Shown here piece by piece: positions 1 through 12,330 of a DNA stretch of 64,000 nucleotides. Source of the DNA: Squalus acanthias (lineage: Eukaryota). Positions within the stretch are counted from its first letter, which is position 1. The number at the start of each line of letters is the position of its first letter. The DNA is taken from contig CM059431.1 in NCBI GenBank assembly GCA_030390025.1, forward strand, positions 124,312,001-124,376,000, in the 5' to 3' direction. The position numbers were made by a program, and so were the translations under genes. The notes beneath the pieces are model-generated. The model was not told the origin of the DNA and did no database searches. It was given only the letters and a program-made list of their open reading frames with translations.

Positions 1-710
1 GCAATATTGAAGTGAGGCTTGCATGTTTATTTCACACCTGGACTCCTAAATCTGTTTGTCCTAGTCGGATCTTGCAATGTGTAAGCTCTGACTGGCATTT
101 CTGGGTCTTGAGAAGACTTAAAGAGTCCACTCCATGCTGCTCAAAAAAGGCCCAAATCCCCCCCCCCCCCCCCCCTTACTTCTAAGCCTTGGCGTTGGCC
201 GAAATTAGTAAGAGCCCGACAGGTGAGCTGCATCAGAGTGCTTGTTTCTCATGGGATTTATACTGATCAGGCCCAAGGATGGATTTACTTCTGTCGTCGG
301 GCCTTTTCATTTCATCACGCTGTCACTGCTCGCTGCCAGAATAACGTGTGGTTTGAGGCGTTAAGAAATTTAGGCCCCCGTTAGTGATTTTTCTTGGGAT
401 ATCAATTTGGGTAAGGCCTATTTCACAGGGTGCCTAGTCATGGAGGGAATGCTTTCATTCACTGGATAAGCTTTTGGCTGAGTGCAGGCGGCCAGATTGT
501 GCTGCAGAATAAATGAAGGGAAAGGGAGAAAACTTGTGAAAGGTGTGGTCTCTCTTGAGTTTTATTCAGGATGCAGTTCCGTATATAGCAGTGGGAAAAT
601 TCAGGCCACAAATATTGATACAATCACCATAGTACTGCTCTGTAATGTGCCAATAGAAGGCATGCTTATAGCTAGAGGAGCATGCTTGCAAATTGTTCCA
701 CTTCCTAAAG

Positions 711-788
711 TGGAATACACTGCTATGAAGAGCAATGCTCAGTAGTCTGACTGAAATGGAACATTGCTCTTCATAGCAGTGTATTCCA
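711..788. repeat. Perfect 27-bp inverted repeat with 24-nt spacer
   Basis: TGGAATACACTGCTATGAAGAGCAATG (711-737) is the exact reverse complement of 762-788. Confidence 0.9.
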
Positions 789-2223
789 TTGTGATATTGT
801 GATGCCAGACAATCTAGGGGCCTCAGGAATATGGCCTGTGGGTGACCAATTCTCCCATTGGACTTTTAAATCAATACATGCTGATGTGGCGGATCGCCAC
901 CTAAACGGGCGCAATCCACTTTTCCGTCAGTGGACAATAAATCGGGCACCTTGCCTTTAAGGCATGCTGCCTTTAAGGCAGGAGAAAAGGAGTGGGCGTG
1001 GCCTCAGAGTTTTCAGATCAGTTGGTTAGCAGCCATTTTACCAGGCAGATGTAATTAAAAGCTTTGTGTTCCACACATGGACTCGGCCTTAATTCGTGTT
1101 TCGCGGCAGCCACAACACTAAAGTCTTATTTCTTCCTGCACTGAGCCATTGAGTCAGCTGTTACAAGATCTCAGAGACTAGCTAAAATTAGTGCCAAAGC
1201 ACAAGTACGTTGAACATATTTATATTGGCCATAGAAGTGTTGACATTTATGAATGTCTAGCAGCTAATTAGGCAGTCTGAGTAAAGAGCATCTAAATCTA
1301 CATGATTAAGCGTTTTTTTGTCTACAGTGCATCCGTAAGACATAACTGTCCACAGGGTGATAGAAATGCCCATAAGGTGCGAAGCAGCTGATCGATTGAT
1401 TGTTAGTGAATGGGAGATTTAAGTCAATCCAAACCCCTGGTGCCTAACTGCTTCAAATGTTACAGTGATTAAATGCTGATCAATCAAAAGAATATTATTG
1501 TAAAACTAATCACTAAATCTGTTGATAAAGTTTTCTAGTCACTAAAAAACAAACAATAAGCAAGCAGCACAAGAACAGCTAATGAAATCTCTGAAAAAAA
1601 TTCCAACTTACTTTGAACCTCAAGGCCCCCATCTCACTATATACTCCTGAAATTAAACCTTGTACCCCAATAAACACATTAAAAAAGTTGAACAATTATG
1701 AAAACAAATCCCGAAACTGCTCCATAAGCTTATTCATTCCATGTACAGATTCCTCCAAAAAAAACTTCTGCATATCATTAGCCTTCCCTCAGGTCCTTTA
1801 GACTTACCTTCTGTTCCACCTCCACACCCTAGACTCTGCCATTCCTACAGGTTAAACCCTGTTCCCCTTTCCCCAAGTGCCACGTGATCCCCCATCTCTC
1901 TGAGTGCTGCCAGACCCCAAACTTCCCCATAAATCCGACCAGTCCCAAACCCGTGTAGCTTGCCCCCAACCATGTGCTCCATTCTCAAGCACCAGCCGGA
2001 CTCTCATACTGTCTACTCCCACCCAACTCTGCCACTTTCACTCAGTCCAGCCCACAAACCAAACGCAAGCACCAGGACCTCAATTCCGTTGCACCACCTT
2101 CAGGAAGCCTGTCTCTACCTAATCCCATTATTCACATCAGCCCTACACTACGTTGTCTACCAACTTGCAGTATATGCTAAGCTTTACCAAAGTAAGATGT
2201 AAAATTGTAAAAAAAAATCATAT

Positions 2224-2971
2224 GAGTCTCGATTCTAACCCCCTTCACCCAGTAAGAATGGGAGGGTTTAAGATTAGGCCGAGTCGACTGTTACCGGCCT
2301 GAGGTCACTTTGTTCGCACTGGTGCCATTTCATTTTCGCTGATTGTCAAGTTGGCCGAGACTCCCACTACAGGGAGGCAAGGGCCTACTTGAAATTCAAA
2401 AGTCGCATCCCGATGACATTATCAGTGCTGCGATGTAATTTTAATGTTGTGTCGGGAGAGTTCGGCACTGTGTGTAACCCGACAGCCGAACCACAGCAGG
2501 AGGTGCCAACCTGGCCAGAACAGGCCAAGGTAAGTTTGAAAAAATTACTTTTGTGAAAAGTGCTTGTGGGCTAGGAGGAGCAGGAATGCTTCCCCCCCAG
2601 GCCTTGCAAGGAGTTCTTGGGCCTCCCTAGCTCTGGCCTCACTCCCACCCCCCAAGGTTGTGGTGAAACACACCTCTGATCCCTGCCCACGGCTGAATCT
2701 TCCCCCTCCCCCCAGCGCCTCTAGACTCCTCCCCCACTGTCTGCTGGGGACCATTCTCACGCGTCTGCCACCTCCTGCTGCCAAATTATTGCTCCCGCCC
2801 GTCAGCCAGGTACTGGAGCTGGCCAGGTTTGAGCAGGATTCCAGGAACCTTTATGTAAATGAGGCCCGGCCATTATGATCGACAGGCCTCCACGTCCCCG
2901 GGCTCTCCGGGTGCACCAGCGGCTTTGGGGTTCGTATACACTCTTCTCGACCCTGCTTTAAAATTGGGGCC
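2224..2971. mobile_element. Harbinger-type MITE (old)
   Basis: Degenerate TIRs GTCTCGATTCTAA / TTAAAATTGGGGCC; GC-rich subterminal regions; internal AAG|GTAAGT; ends approximate. Confidence 0.5.
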
Positions 2972-4686
2972 ATGATGTCTATACTTAGACAATAGAAGAT
3001 ATACAAGACTGGAGACTGAGGGAAGGATGTATTTATGGAAAGATTGATAAAAGGAAGATAGAGATTTGGACAGAAAACATGAGTGGATTTATCTTAAGTT
3101 ACAAATATTTTAGTTCCAGCGCTTTTTATTGTAATCATTGATCTTCTTTCACGCAATGTGTTTGTAAAATAATGTTTTATCTTTAGTTCTCCATATAATT
3201 AGGGTTTTTTTCAATTGATTGTTGTATTTATGAAGGTCACCAGCATTAACATCAGTAAATCTACATCTACAACATTTTCAAACTGATTAGTTTTTGGTTT
3301 GGAGAAATTATCTGCAGATGAGCAGGAATTTCCTTAATTTCTTCTCTACTATATTGTCCTGCAATGCTGTTTTCACATTGACAGCTAACAGGAGCCTTGA
3401 ATTATTTTTAGGGATTTAATATTCTTTTAGTAGGAAATCCATACAGCAGTTTATAGATGGGTCCATGGGTGCATGTCTTAGCAACGGGCCAATTTTTCAC
3501 AATGTGCGTGGGTACTTTTGCACTTAATGAATACATTAATTGAGAAGTCTAATTTGTAACTTTGAATTCCTCAGGTCACTATTATGTTTTGGAGACTTCT
3601 TCTATTTACTACTTCTAGTGGAATTCGAATTATGTTTTAAAATAACACAGTTATATTCTTTCCAAAAGTACGAAAAAGAAAGAATCCTCACACGAGCATA
3701 GTAACAAGAGGACTTATTAGCCTCACCTGTAATTATCTATGGAAGTTTCGTAGCCAAATTACAGATGCTAATCAGAGCAGACAGAGTCAGGTCTCAAGTA
3801 TGGGCAGTATATAAAAAGTTATGGCAGGACATTTTTTTTTCTCTGGCTTGAAGCAGAGAGAGATTTGGAAAGCAAGCCAAGGAAAAAATAATGTTTTCCT
3901 GCGGGTATATCAATTCTGAGCATGTGTTCTTAGCATGAACTTGGCTAACATTTTTAGAGATTTCACTTCTCAAAACAAACAGTTCTTGACCTCAATCAAG
4001 AGCTGAGAGCTCGTTTCGGAGCAGATTCTGCTTTGAGTTACTTGCTGATAACCAGTGAAGGTGGCAGTTGCTTTCAACTTTGTTTCTCGAATTCTTTGGG
4101 TCTCTGAGAGTGATTTTGGAGGCATTGGTCAGTCCACCATTTATAATTGTGTGAGCTAAGGGATAGCTGCTTTGCTTAGTGTAGCAAAGCACCATGTAGC
4201 AGCAGAACATACAAGTGAGTGTCCCAGTCAGTGTTAGCTTGAGCAGGACCTGGGTATAAAATATTACATGGAAGTTAGAATCTGTGCATCTCTCTAATTT
4301 GCACACCCCAGCTCAGATGTGTTCTGTGAATTATCAGACATTAAGTTGGTGATGATCTCTTTAAATAGCACAGGTGGGGGGTCCTTCCTGCTGCTGAATG
4401 TGTGTTCAGCTGTGCGTGTTTAAGAAAGGGCATTTACTGGAGCATTGAGCTCCAAAATGTCAGCGCTGGCGTAACATCAGCTTTGCACACTGATTGACGT
4501 CCCGATCTGCTTACTCTGCACACTTCCAGCGCACACTCCCTGTGCCCATGCTAACAACCTGCCCAGGATGGCGTCTGGCACAGCCCACAGCAGAAGTGTG
4601 CGCGCACACCACGGATGCCATTTTGGAACCAAATCTGCACCCGTAGCGCCCAAACAACAGGTGCTATGGAGCCGAATTTAGCAGCC

Positions 4687-6060
4687 ATAGAGTACAAAAG
4701 CAAGAGGGCTATGGTAAACCTTTATAAATCACTGGTTAGACCTCAACTGCATTATTGGCCCAAAAATTCGTGAGGAAGCCTTCGTGCGAGGGTAAGGCCT
4801 CCCCGCGATCTCTCACTCCGCGTTGGCTTTTTCAGTTCCAGCTCGCACGAACTTGATGTTCTGGACAGCTGCTGTGCTGGGCTTGCGTATCCCACCGGCG
4901 TAGTTAAGTCGTGCGAGCTGTGGGATCACGTGACTCAGTTAGAGCCAATGGCAGCACACCATCTTCCATTCATAACTTTCACATAAGTGCTGTGAAAGTT
5001 ATGAATACTATAGCCCCCAAAAGAACCGCTAAACCTCAATTAAATTTAAAAAAAACCATCACATTAATAAAATAAGTATAGTTAAATAAATTAACCATTT
5101 TAAATAAAAAATTTAATTTTTGAAAAAATTTAAAATCTTTTAAAAAGTTATAAAAATAAACTTACCTGTCTTTAAAGTCTCTAAAAAAGATATACCTGTT
5201 AAAAAAAATTCAAAATAATACTTAATTCACTACTTAACTTGTTAAAAGTGGGTCTTACTCCTTTTTTTATGTGTAGAATCTTCCGTACTTACCTGCGCGT
5301 TGAAACCACTAAGTGCATAGCGTGCGCGCAGCCTGTAGCGCGCACGCGGTGCACCTAGGACCCGCCCCCTTTTCCATTCTCCAAGTGCCGGTTTTCAGCG
5401 CATGCGCAGTGCATGCAGAAAACCGGCAATTGGAGACAGAATACGCGAGAGTACACAGTGCGTACTCTCGCGTAGCAAGACTAATTTTTGGCCCATTGTG
5501 TCCAATTCTTGGCACCACACTTTAGGAAGGATGTCAAGGACTGGAGAGGGTGCAGAGCAGATTTCCTAGAATGGTACCCAGGGATTTCCTAGAATGGTAC
5601 CCAGGACTTCAGTCATGTGGAGAGCCTAGAGAAGCTGGGATTGTTCTCCTTAGAACAGAGAAAGTTGAGCAGAGATTGAATGGAGGTGGTGAACATTATC
5701 AGGGGTTTTGATCAAATGGATAGGAAGAAACTGTTTCCACTGGCAGGAGGGCCTGTAACCAGAGGACACAGTTTTAAGATAATTGGTAAAAGAACCAGAG
5801 GAGAGATGTGGAGAATTTTTTTTTATGCAGAGTATTGTTATGATCTGGAATGTGCTGCCTGAAAGGGCGGTGGAAGCAGATTCAATCATAACATTCAAAA
5901 GAGAATTGGATATATACTTGAAAAGCAAAAATTTGCAGGGCTATGGGGAAAGAGCAGGGGAGTGGGACTAATTAGATAGCTCTTTCAAAGAGCCGGCAGA
6001 GGCACGATGGGCTAATGGACTCATTCTGTGCTGTATCATGCTATGATTCTATGATTTCTA
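4687..6060 (+). mobile_element. CR1 LINE 3' fragment, split by a MITE at 4757-5494
   Basis: Peptides IIRGFDQMDRKKLFPL..TRGHSFKI and FKRELDIYL..GYGERAGEWD match CR1 ORF2 C-terminus; ends in CTATG-type tail repeats. Confidence 0.85.
4757..5494. mobile_element. Harbinger-type MITE, hairpin family copy A
   Basis: TIRs GGCCCAAAAATT / AATTTTTGGCCC; 3-bp TSD ATT; removal restores the CR1 sequence; colinear with 33202-33965. Confidence 0.85.
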
Positions 6061-6532
6061 TGAACGATGATACAGACTGAATCAACAGGTAATTGTTGCA
6101 TTTCTATATAGTATTTATTAATAAGATCATTTTCCATAAGAAACATCACAGAATGCACTGTCATGCAGCAAGTATTTTCACTTACCAGCTCTCTGCACTT
6201 GATCATAATGGAACATATCTATGTTTAACCTTTAACAATTTGTTCCTTCCAACCACATGCTACAGAATATTGCATACGATCAAGACTTTCCCCTCACAAT
6301 TACACTGCTGCCACTGAAGAGAGCTAAGCTAACTAGCTAAAATGGTACCTGAAGTCACAAACAGCCATTTTTTTTTCCTTTGAAAAGGAGTTGCACCTTT
6401 TATGATGTAATGATGTTTCCAAGATTACATTACCATTATTAATTTTGAAGGTGTTTTCTTTTGTGGACAGCTCATACCTATAGTTTGCATTGTGCTTGGA
6501 TCTGCTTACTGGATAAATATTTTATCCACATT

Positions 6533-7059
6533 GAGGTAGAAAAGTCATGTGTAAAATGGGCGCAAATCATACCAACTTAGCAGTGGGACGACCTGCTAAA
6601 TTCGTGGGGCCCATTTTTTAGGGTTCCTGGCTGACTGCCCAAAACAGGTGTTAGGCCTCCTGAATATGTTAATGAGGGGTCTAACACATGTTGAAGGACC
6701 CCTCTAAAAAATTAGTTAATTAGGCCTGGCTTACTCAGGATTCTTCAGCAGCTCCTGGGGCAGTCAACTAATGGTAAGCATTTTTAATTTTTTAAAGAAT
6801 GAACACCTTTCTGTGTAGCCAGGGGAAGCAGAAGTGCCCCCTCCCCTCACAGTCCTAGTGTTTGCCATTCTCGTTGCCCGCTCCAACCCCACTCTTGGAA
6901 TTAACCTGAGGGCCACTGCTGGTGAGACAAGTAGCCTGGAATTGACTTTTCTCATGGGGCAAGCTGCCTGTGGAGGTGCAACTGGCAGCTTTCCTCAAGT
7001 ATGTAGATGAGGCCTGAGGACCAATTCCTGGCGATCTGGCACAGACTCATTTCTATCCC
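6533..7059. mobile_element. Probable Harbinger-type MITE (old)
   Basis: Degenerate TIRs GAGGTAGAAA / TTTCTATCCC; internal GGTAAGC; composition like the other MITEs. Confidence 0.4.
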
Positions 7060-8095
7060 AAAATGTTGTTAATATATATTCTCTAACTTCCTCAAGATGT
7101 GGTTACAGTGTTTTAATAGATGAGTGCTACTGAACAATTGGGAATTTATGTTACACCTTTCCTGTGTAGGTGCATGTGCTTGTAGACATTGGGTGAGGAG
7201 AGAACCTGGGTCAGCTGTGATGTCCACAAATAACCTGCTGACACTCACTGTCAAGGCTCACACATGAATGGCGACTTGGACTAGGTACTAGAAAATGAGT
7301 GAGGCCAGATGTCTCTTACGCCTGCCAGGTGTGAACGTGTTCAAAAAAGGGGAAGGAGAAAAATTGACAGAAGAAATTGGAGGGGCAAACGCACAAAAGG
7401 AACACAAGATTCATTTGGTGTTCAGCATCTGATATATGCTGTGCTACTAACTATTAAGGTATGGCATTACAACTTAAAAAAAAACACCTCTAAGGCCTGT
7501 TTTATCAGACTGTACTTTGGTACACATGGTTTAAAATATAATTTATATATGTGTGTCGTACATAGTCAGCAATTCACTAATCAACATAACTATAACAATT
7601 TAGCTATTTACAAATGGCTATATATGATTAATATGGGAGATTCTTAATCTTGTCTTGAGATAGAGGAATGACTTGCACGTTAATATACGTAGTGCAAGAT
7701 GTCACAGGAGATGATATCATTCCCTGGTCACACAATGCAATTCATTACATAACATTCTGTTGACAATACTTGCACACAATTTAAGATTATAGTCACGCAT
7801 ACTTTCATGCCTGGAACACAGACCTTAGATGTCAGAGATCTGGTGATGGAAATTATTGACCAGCATCTAGAGTAAATGAAAACTTTTCAGAAATGAATAA
7901 TCGCATACTATTGTTCATTCTCCCAGAAGACACAACCCCTTGTATTGTCTACCAATCAGCATTTCAAGGAAGCCATGCAGCAGTCTACATCCTCTTAACA
8001 TTATCTTTGTTAAAATTCCATCACTATGGTTTCTAACAAAAGCAGTTAAGCAGTTTTCCCAAAAGTAATTACTTAATTGGCTTTTGAAGCTTTAC

Positions 8096-8204
8096 CTTTC
8101 CAGACAATGGAAGGAGACAAGTTCATTCTCACTTCTAGTAAATCCTTTTTGTCAATCTCTAAGGTTTCCATTTCCAGAGAATTAACACTAATAATGTTCG
8201 AAAT
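8096..8204 (-). CDS. Candidate isolated host exon (109 nt), product unknown
   Basis: TTTCCCAG acceptor and AAG|GTAAAG donor; one open frame ISNIISVNSLEMETLEIDKKDLLEVRMNLSPSIVWK in unique-looking sequence; no partner exons found. Confidence 0.25.
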
Positions 8205-10548
8205 CTGGGAAATTTCAATGATTGTACAAAGGTTAATCAGGCATTTTTCAAGCCAGCATTATATATACATATATTTATACTGTATCTGTACCAACCTACA
8301 ACAACAACAACTTGCATTTATATAGTGCCTTTAATGTAGTAAAATGTCCCAAGATACGTCACAGTAGCGTTATCAAACAAAATTTGACACCGAGCCACAT
8401 AAGGGGATATTAGGGCAGATGCTTGGTCAAAGAGATAGGTTTCAAGGAACGTCTTAAAGGAGGAAAGAGAGGTAGAAAGGCGGAGAGGTTTCGGGAGGGA
8501 TTTCCAGAGCTTAGGGCCTCAGCAGCTAAAGGCACGGCCACCAATGGTGGAGCGATTAAAATCGGGAATCCGCAAGAGGCCAGAATTAGAGGAGCGCAGA
8601 TATCTCAGAGGGTTGTGGGGCTGGAGGAAGTTACAGTTATAGGAAGGGCAAGGCCATGGAGGGATTTGAAAACAAGGATGATAATTTTTAAATTGTGGCG
8701 TTGCTTAACCGGGAGCCAATGTAGGTCAGCGAACTCAGGGGTGATGGGTGAACGGGACTTGGTGCGAGTTAGGATACAGGCAGCAGAGTTTTGGATGAGC
8801 TTAAGTTTATGCAGGGTGGAAGTGAGAAATAGGAGGGGACCAAGGATAGATCCTTGGGGGACACCAGAGGTAACAATGCGGGAGTGGGAAGAGAAGCCAT
8901 TGCAGGTGATTCTCTGGCTACGATTAGATAGATAAGAATGGAACCAGGCAAGTGCAGTCCCACCCAGCTGGACGATGGTGGAGAGGCATTGGAGGAGGAT
9001 GGAGTGGTCAGCCGTGTCAAAGGCTGTAGACGGGTCGAGTAGGACGAGATGGGATAGTTTATCTTTGTCACAGTCACATAGGATGTCATTTGTGACTTTA
9101 AAAAGAGCCGTTTTGGTACTGTGGCGGGACAGAAACCTGATTGGAGGGCTTCAAACATGGAGTTCTGGGAAAGACGGGCACGGATTTGGGAGGCAATAGC
9201 ACGTTCAAGGACTTTGGAGAGGGTAAGGAGGTTGGTGATGCGGTGGTAGTTTACACGGACAGAGAGGTCAAGAGTTGTTTTTCTGAGGAGTGGGGTGATG
9301 ATGGCAGATTTGAAGGGAAGGGGGACAGTACCTGAGTAGAGAGAACTGTTAACAATATTAGCCAGGAAGGGAAGTTGGGTGGTCAGCAGTTTAGTGGGAA
9401 TAGGGTTGAGGGAGCAGGGGGTGGGTATCATGGACAAGATGAGCTTGGAGAGAGCATGAGGGGAGATAGGAAATTAGAAAAAATGTGAGTTCAGGGCTAG
9501 GACGGGGGAACCTTAGAGGAATTTGGCCCAGTGGGCTTGGGGAAGGGAGGTAAGCGGCAGAGGCAGCTCAACGGATGGTCTCAATCTTAGTGACAAAGAA
9601 GTCCATGAGCTCCTCACACTTGTTGTTGGAGGTGAGGGTGGAGGAGGCAGAGGAGAGGGGTTTACGAAGACGGTTTGCAGTAGAGAAGGGGTTATCTTTG
9701 CGTTCCAGGATGATCCTGGAATAGTGACCAGTTTTGGCAGAGGAGAGCAGGACCTGATAGTGCTTTATGTGGTACAGCCAGATCTGGCGGTGAATGGCTA
9801 AACCAGTTGTCTGCCATATACGTTCAAGTCTGCGTCCCTTGGACTTAAGGGAGAAAAGATGAGGGGTGTAAAAGGGGGAATGACCAGGGTGAGAGTGAGT
9901 TTTAATGGAGTCTAGGGCATCAAAGGTGGAGGTGAGAGTGTGGTTGAGCAGATCGGTAGTTACAGAAATGTCGTGGTGAATGGAGGGCCAAAGGCTGGAG
10001 AGTTGGGATTTTGAAAGTGAGTTGGAAGTGAATTGGGAGAGAGTTTTTTCTGGAGCAGACATAGAAGGAAATAGGATTGGAAGAGGGAAGGGGGATGTGG
10101 GTGGAGAGCAATAGAAAGAAGTAATGAAAGATGGCCTTATCTGTGATTGACAAGATGGGTGTAGCGAGGCCATGTGAGATGACAAGGTCAAGGGGTGGCC
10201 GTAAATATGGGTAGGGGTGTTTATATGAAGGGTGAGATTAAGGGAGGTTAGGTGGGCATTGAACTCAGAGGAGAGAGAGCATGATGAGTTGAGATGGATG
10301 ATGAAATCACCAAGGATGAGATTTGCTCAATGCAGAGGCTGAGGGAGGAAAACAGTGAAGATGCCTCAGTGAGAAAATTGTTATGGTACTTGGGTGGGTG
10401 ATAGAGAACAAGGATTTTAACAAGGTGAGATGCTCAAAGGAGGAGAAGATGCCAAGGAGAAGGGGGACAGACCAAGGCATGATTTGGTGATAAGAACCAC
10501 ACCGCCACCGTGGCAGTTTGGCAAGGCAAGTGGTGGAAGGTATAGACA

Positions 10549-11358
10549 CTCTCCACTTGCCTGGATGAGTGCAGCTCCAACAACACTCAAGAAGCTCGAC
10601 ACCATCCAGGACAAAGCAGCCCGCTTGATTGGCACCCTAAACATTCACTCATTCCACCACCGCCGTACCGTGGCTGCAGTGTGTACCATCTACAAGATGC
10701 ACTGCAGCAACTCGCCAAGGCTTCTTCGGCAGCACCTCCCAAATCCTTGACCTCTTCTACCTAGAAGGACAAGGGCAGCAAGCGCATGGGAACACCACCA
10801 CCTCCAAGTTCCCCTCCAAGTCACACACCATCCTGACTTGGAAATTTATCGCTGATCCTTCATTGTCGCTGGGTCAAAATCCTGGAACTCCCTAACTAAC
10901 AGCACTGTGGGAGTACCTTCACCACACAGACTGCAGCAGTTCAAGAAGGCGGCTCACCACCACCTTCTCAAGGGCAATTAGAAACATAGAAACATAGAAA
11001 CATAGAAACTAGGAGCAGGAGTAGGCCATTCGGCCCGTCGAGCCTGCTCCACCATTCAATACAATCATGGCTGATCATCCAAATCCAGTACCCTATCCCT
11101 GCTTTCTCACACAGAATCCCCATCGAGCCTACACCGACACATATCCCACCCTATCCCCGTAACCCCACGTATTTAATTCCCCCTAACATATCCCATCCTA
11201 TCCCTGTAACCCCACATATTTAATCCCCCCCTAACACTAAGGGTCAATTTATCATAGCCAAATCAACCTAACCCGCACATTTTTGGACCATTAGGGATGG
11301 GCAATAAATGCCGGCCTTGCCAGTGATGCCCACATCCCATAAACGAATTTTTAAAAAA
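10549..11358 (+). mobile_element. CR1/L2-group LINE 3' fragment inserted in the L2
   Basis: SPLAWMSAAPTTLKKLDTIQDKAARLIG.. nearly identical to the end of ORF 48486-49373; A-rich 3' end; apparent TSD AGACA. Confidence 0.8.
10982..11289 (-). mobile_element. Composite insertion: HE1-type SINE 3' part joined to a CR1 3' tail
   Basis: (AGAAACAT)n CR1 tail at 10982-11108; 11110-11289 matches the SINE at 53341-53480; single TSD ATTAG. Confidence 0.7.
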
Positions 11359-12097
11359 AGACAAGCGGGGAGGTTTCATTTAGGGGGAACCCTCAGCCAG
11401 GTTTTCACCAAGGCCATGATGTGGATGCCATCATCCACAATAAGCTCATGGATGGCAAGGGCCTTGTTCAAAAGTGAACGGACATTCTGGAGAGAGATGC
11501 GAAGAGGGCAGTGATAGCTGATCTAGTGGCAGGGTTCACAGGGTCAGCATTGGAATGGGTGAATGGGATGGGAAGGAGGTAGGAAAGATTAGGCCCCAGT
11601 GGGCACACTGGTTGGGAAGGCCGGTGAGAGAGTAGGGTTGGGCAGTTGGGGTTGCTGCCCTTAAGAAGGCAGTGACAAGTGCCTTGATGGGCCCTTCGGA
11701 GGATGTCAAGAGAGGCACAGAGGGAAGTTGTAGGCTTATATAAGAGGGAGTCAAGTTTGGGATGGCGGCAGGAGAGTAGGAAGGTCAAGGAGTGCTGAAG
11801 GGATTTGAAAGGGCAGAGTATCCGAGAGGAAAGAAATGAAATGAGGAATGATGACAGGAGATCGGGATCTAGGAGGGGTAAAGAGAAAAGAAGAAAAAAT
11901 GGGGGAGAAAAAAGTGGAAATAGAAATGATGGGCTCGGGTAGTGTAGAGGGGTTGGTGGGATTCGGGCACAATTTCCAGCAGAGTAGAGTAAACTTTATG
12001 TTGTATCCAGCCTGTCATATCTGTAACTTAAGAATGGTTGCACTAGGTGCCAAAAGTGTAAATTTGTTTTATTCCCCAGCATTGACATCTCTGACCT

Positions 12098-12330
12098 GCT
12101 TTCCTGGGATGTGGGCAATGCTGGTAAGGCCACATTTATTGCCCATCGCTAGTTACCCTGAGAAGGTGGTGGTGAGCCTTTTCCTTCAACTGCTGCAGTC
12201 ATTGTGGTGATAGTGCTCCCACAATAGTATTAGGACAGGAATTCTAGGATATTGACTCAGCAACCAGAAAGGAACGTTAATATATGTTCAAGTTAGAACG
12301 CTGGGTGACCTGGAGGTTATGGTGTTCCAA
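12098..12330 (-). mobile_element. Old 3' fragment of the CR1/L2-group LINE family
   Basis: Resembles 48215-48450 (GGGATGTGGG..ATTGCCCATC..GAGAAGG). Confidence 0.6.

Larger units (their letters stand above)
8297..11960 (-). mobile_element. L2-clade LINE, decayed (APE endonuclease + RT), internally deleted
   Basis: L2-like ORF pieces (LANIVNSSLYSGTVPLPFKSAIITPLL..TLD, NKCEELMDFFVTKIETIR); (CAA)n 3' tail at 8297; interrupted at 10549-11358. Confidence 0.85.

Noticed and set aside
3727..3767. Minus-strand 41-nt exon candidate
   Set aside because: Stops in all three frames
5561..5606. 23-bp tandem duplication in a CR1 fragment
   Set aside because: Ordinary slippage duplication in a dead element
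8423..8935. 170-aa plus-strand ORF and similar antisense ORFs over LINEs
   Set aside because: Antisense shadows of L2/CR1 coding sequence
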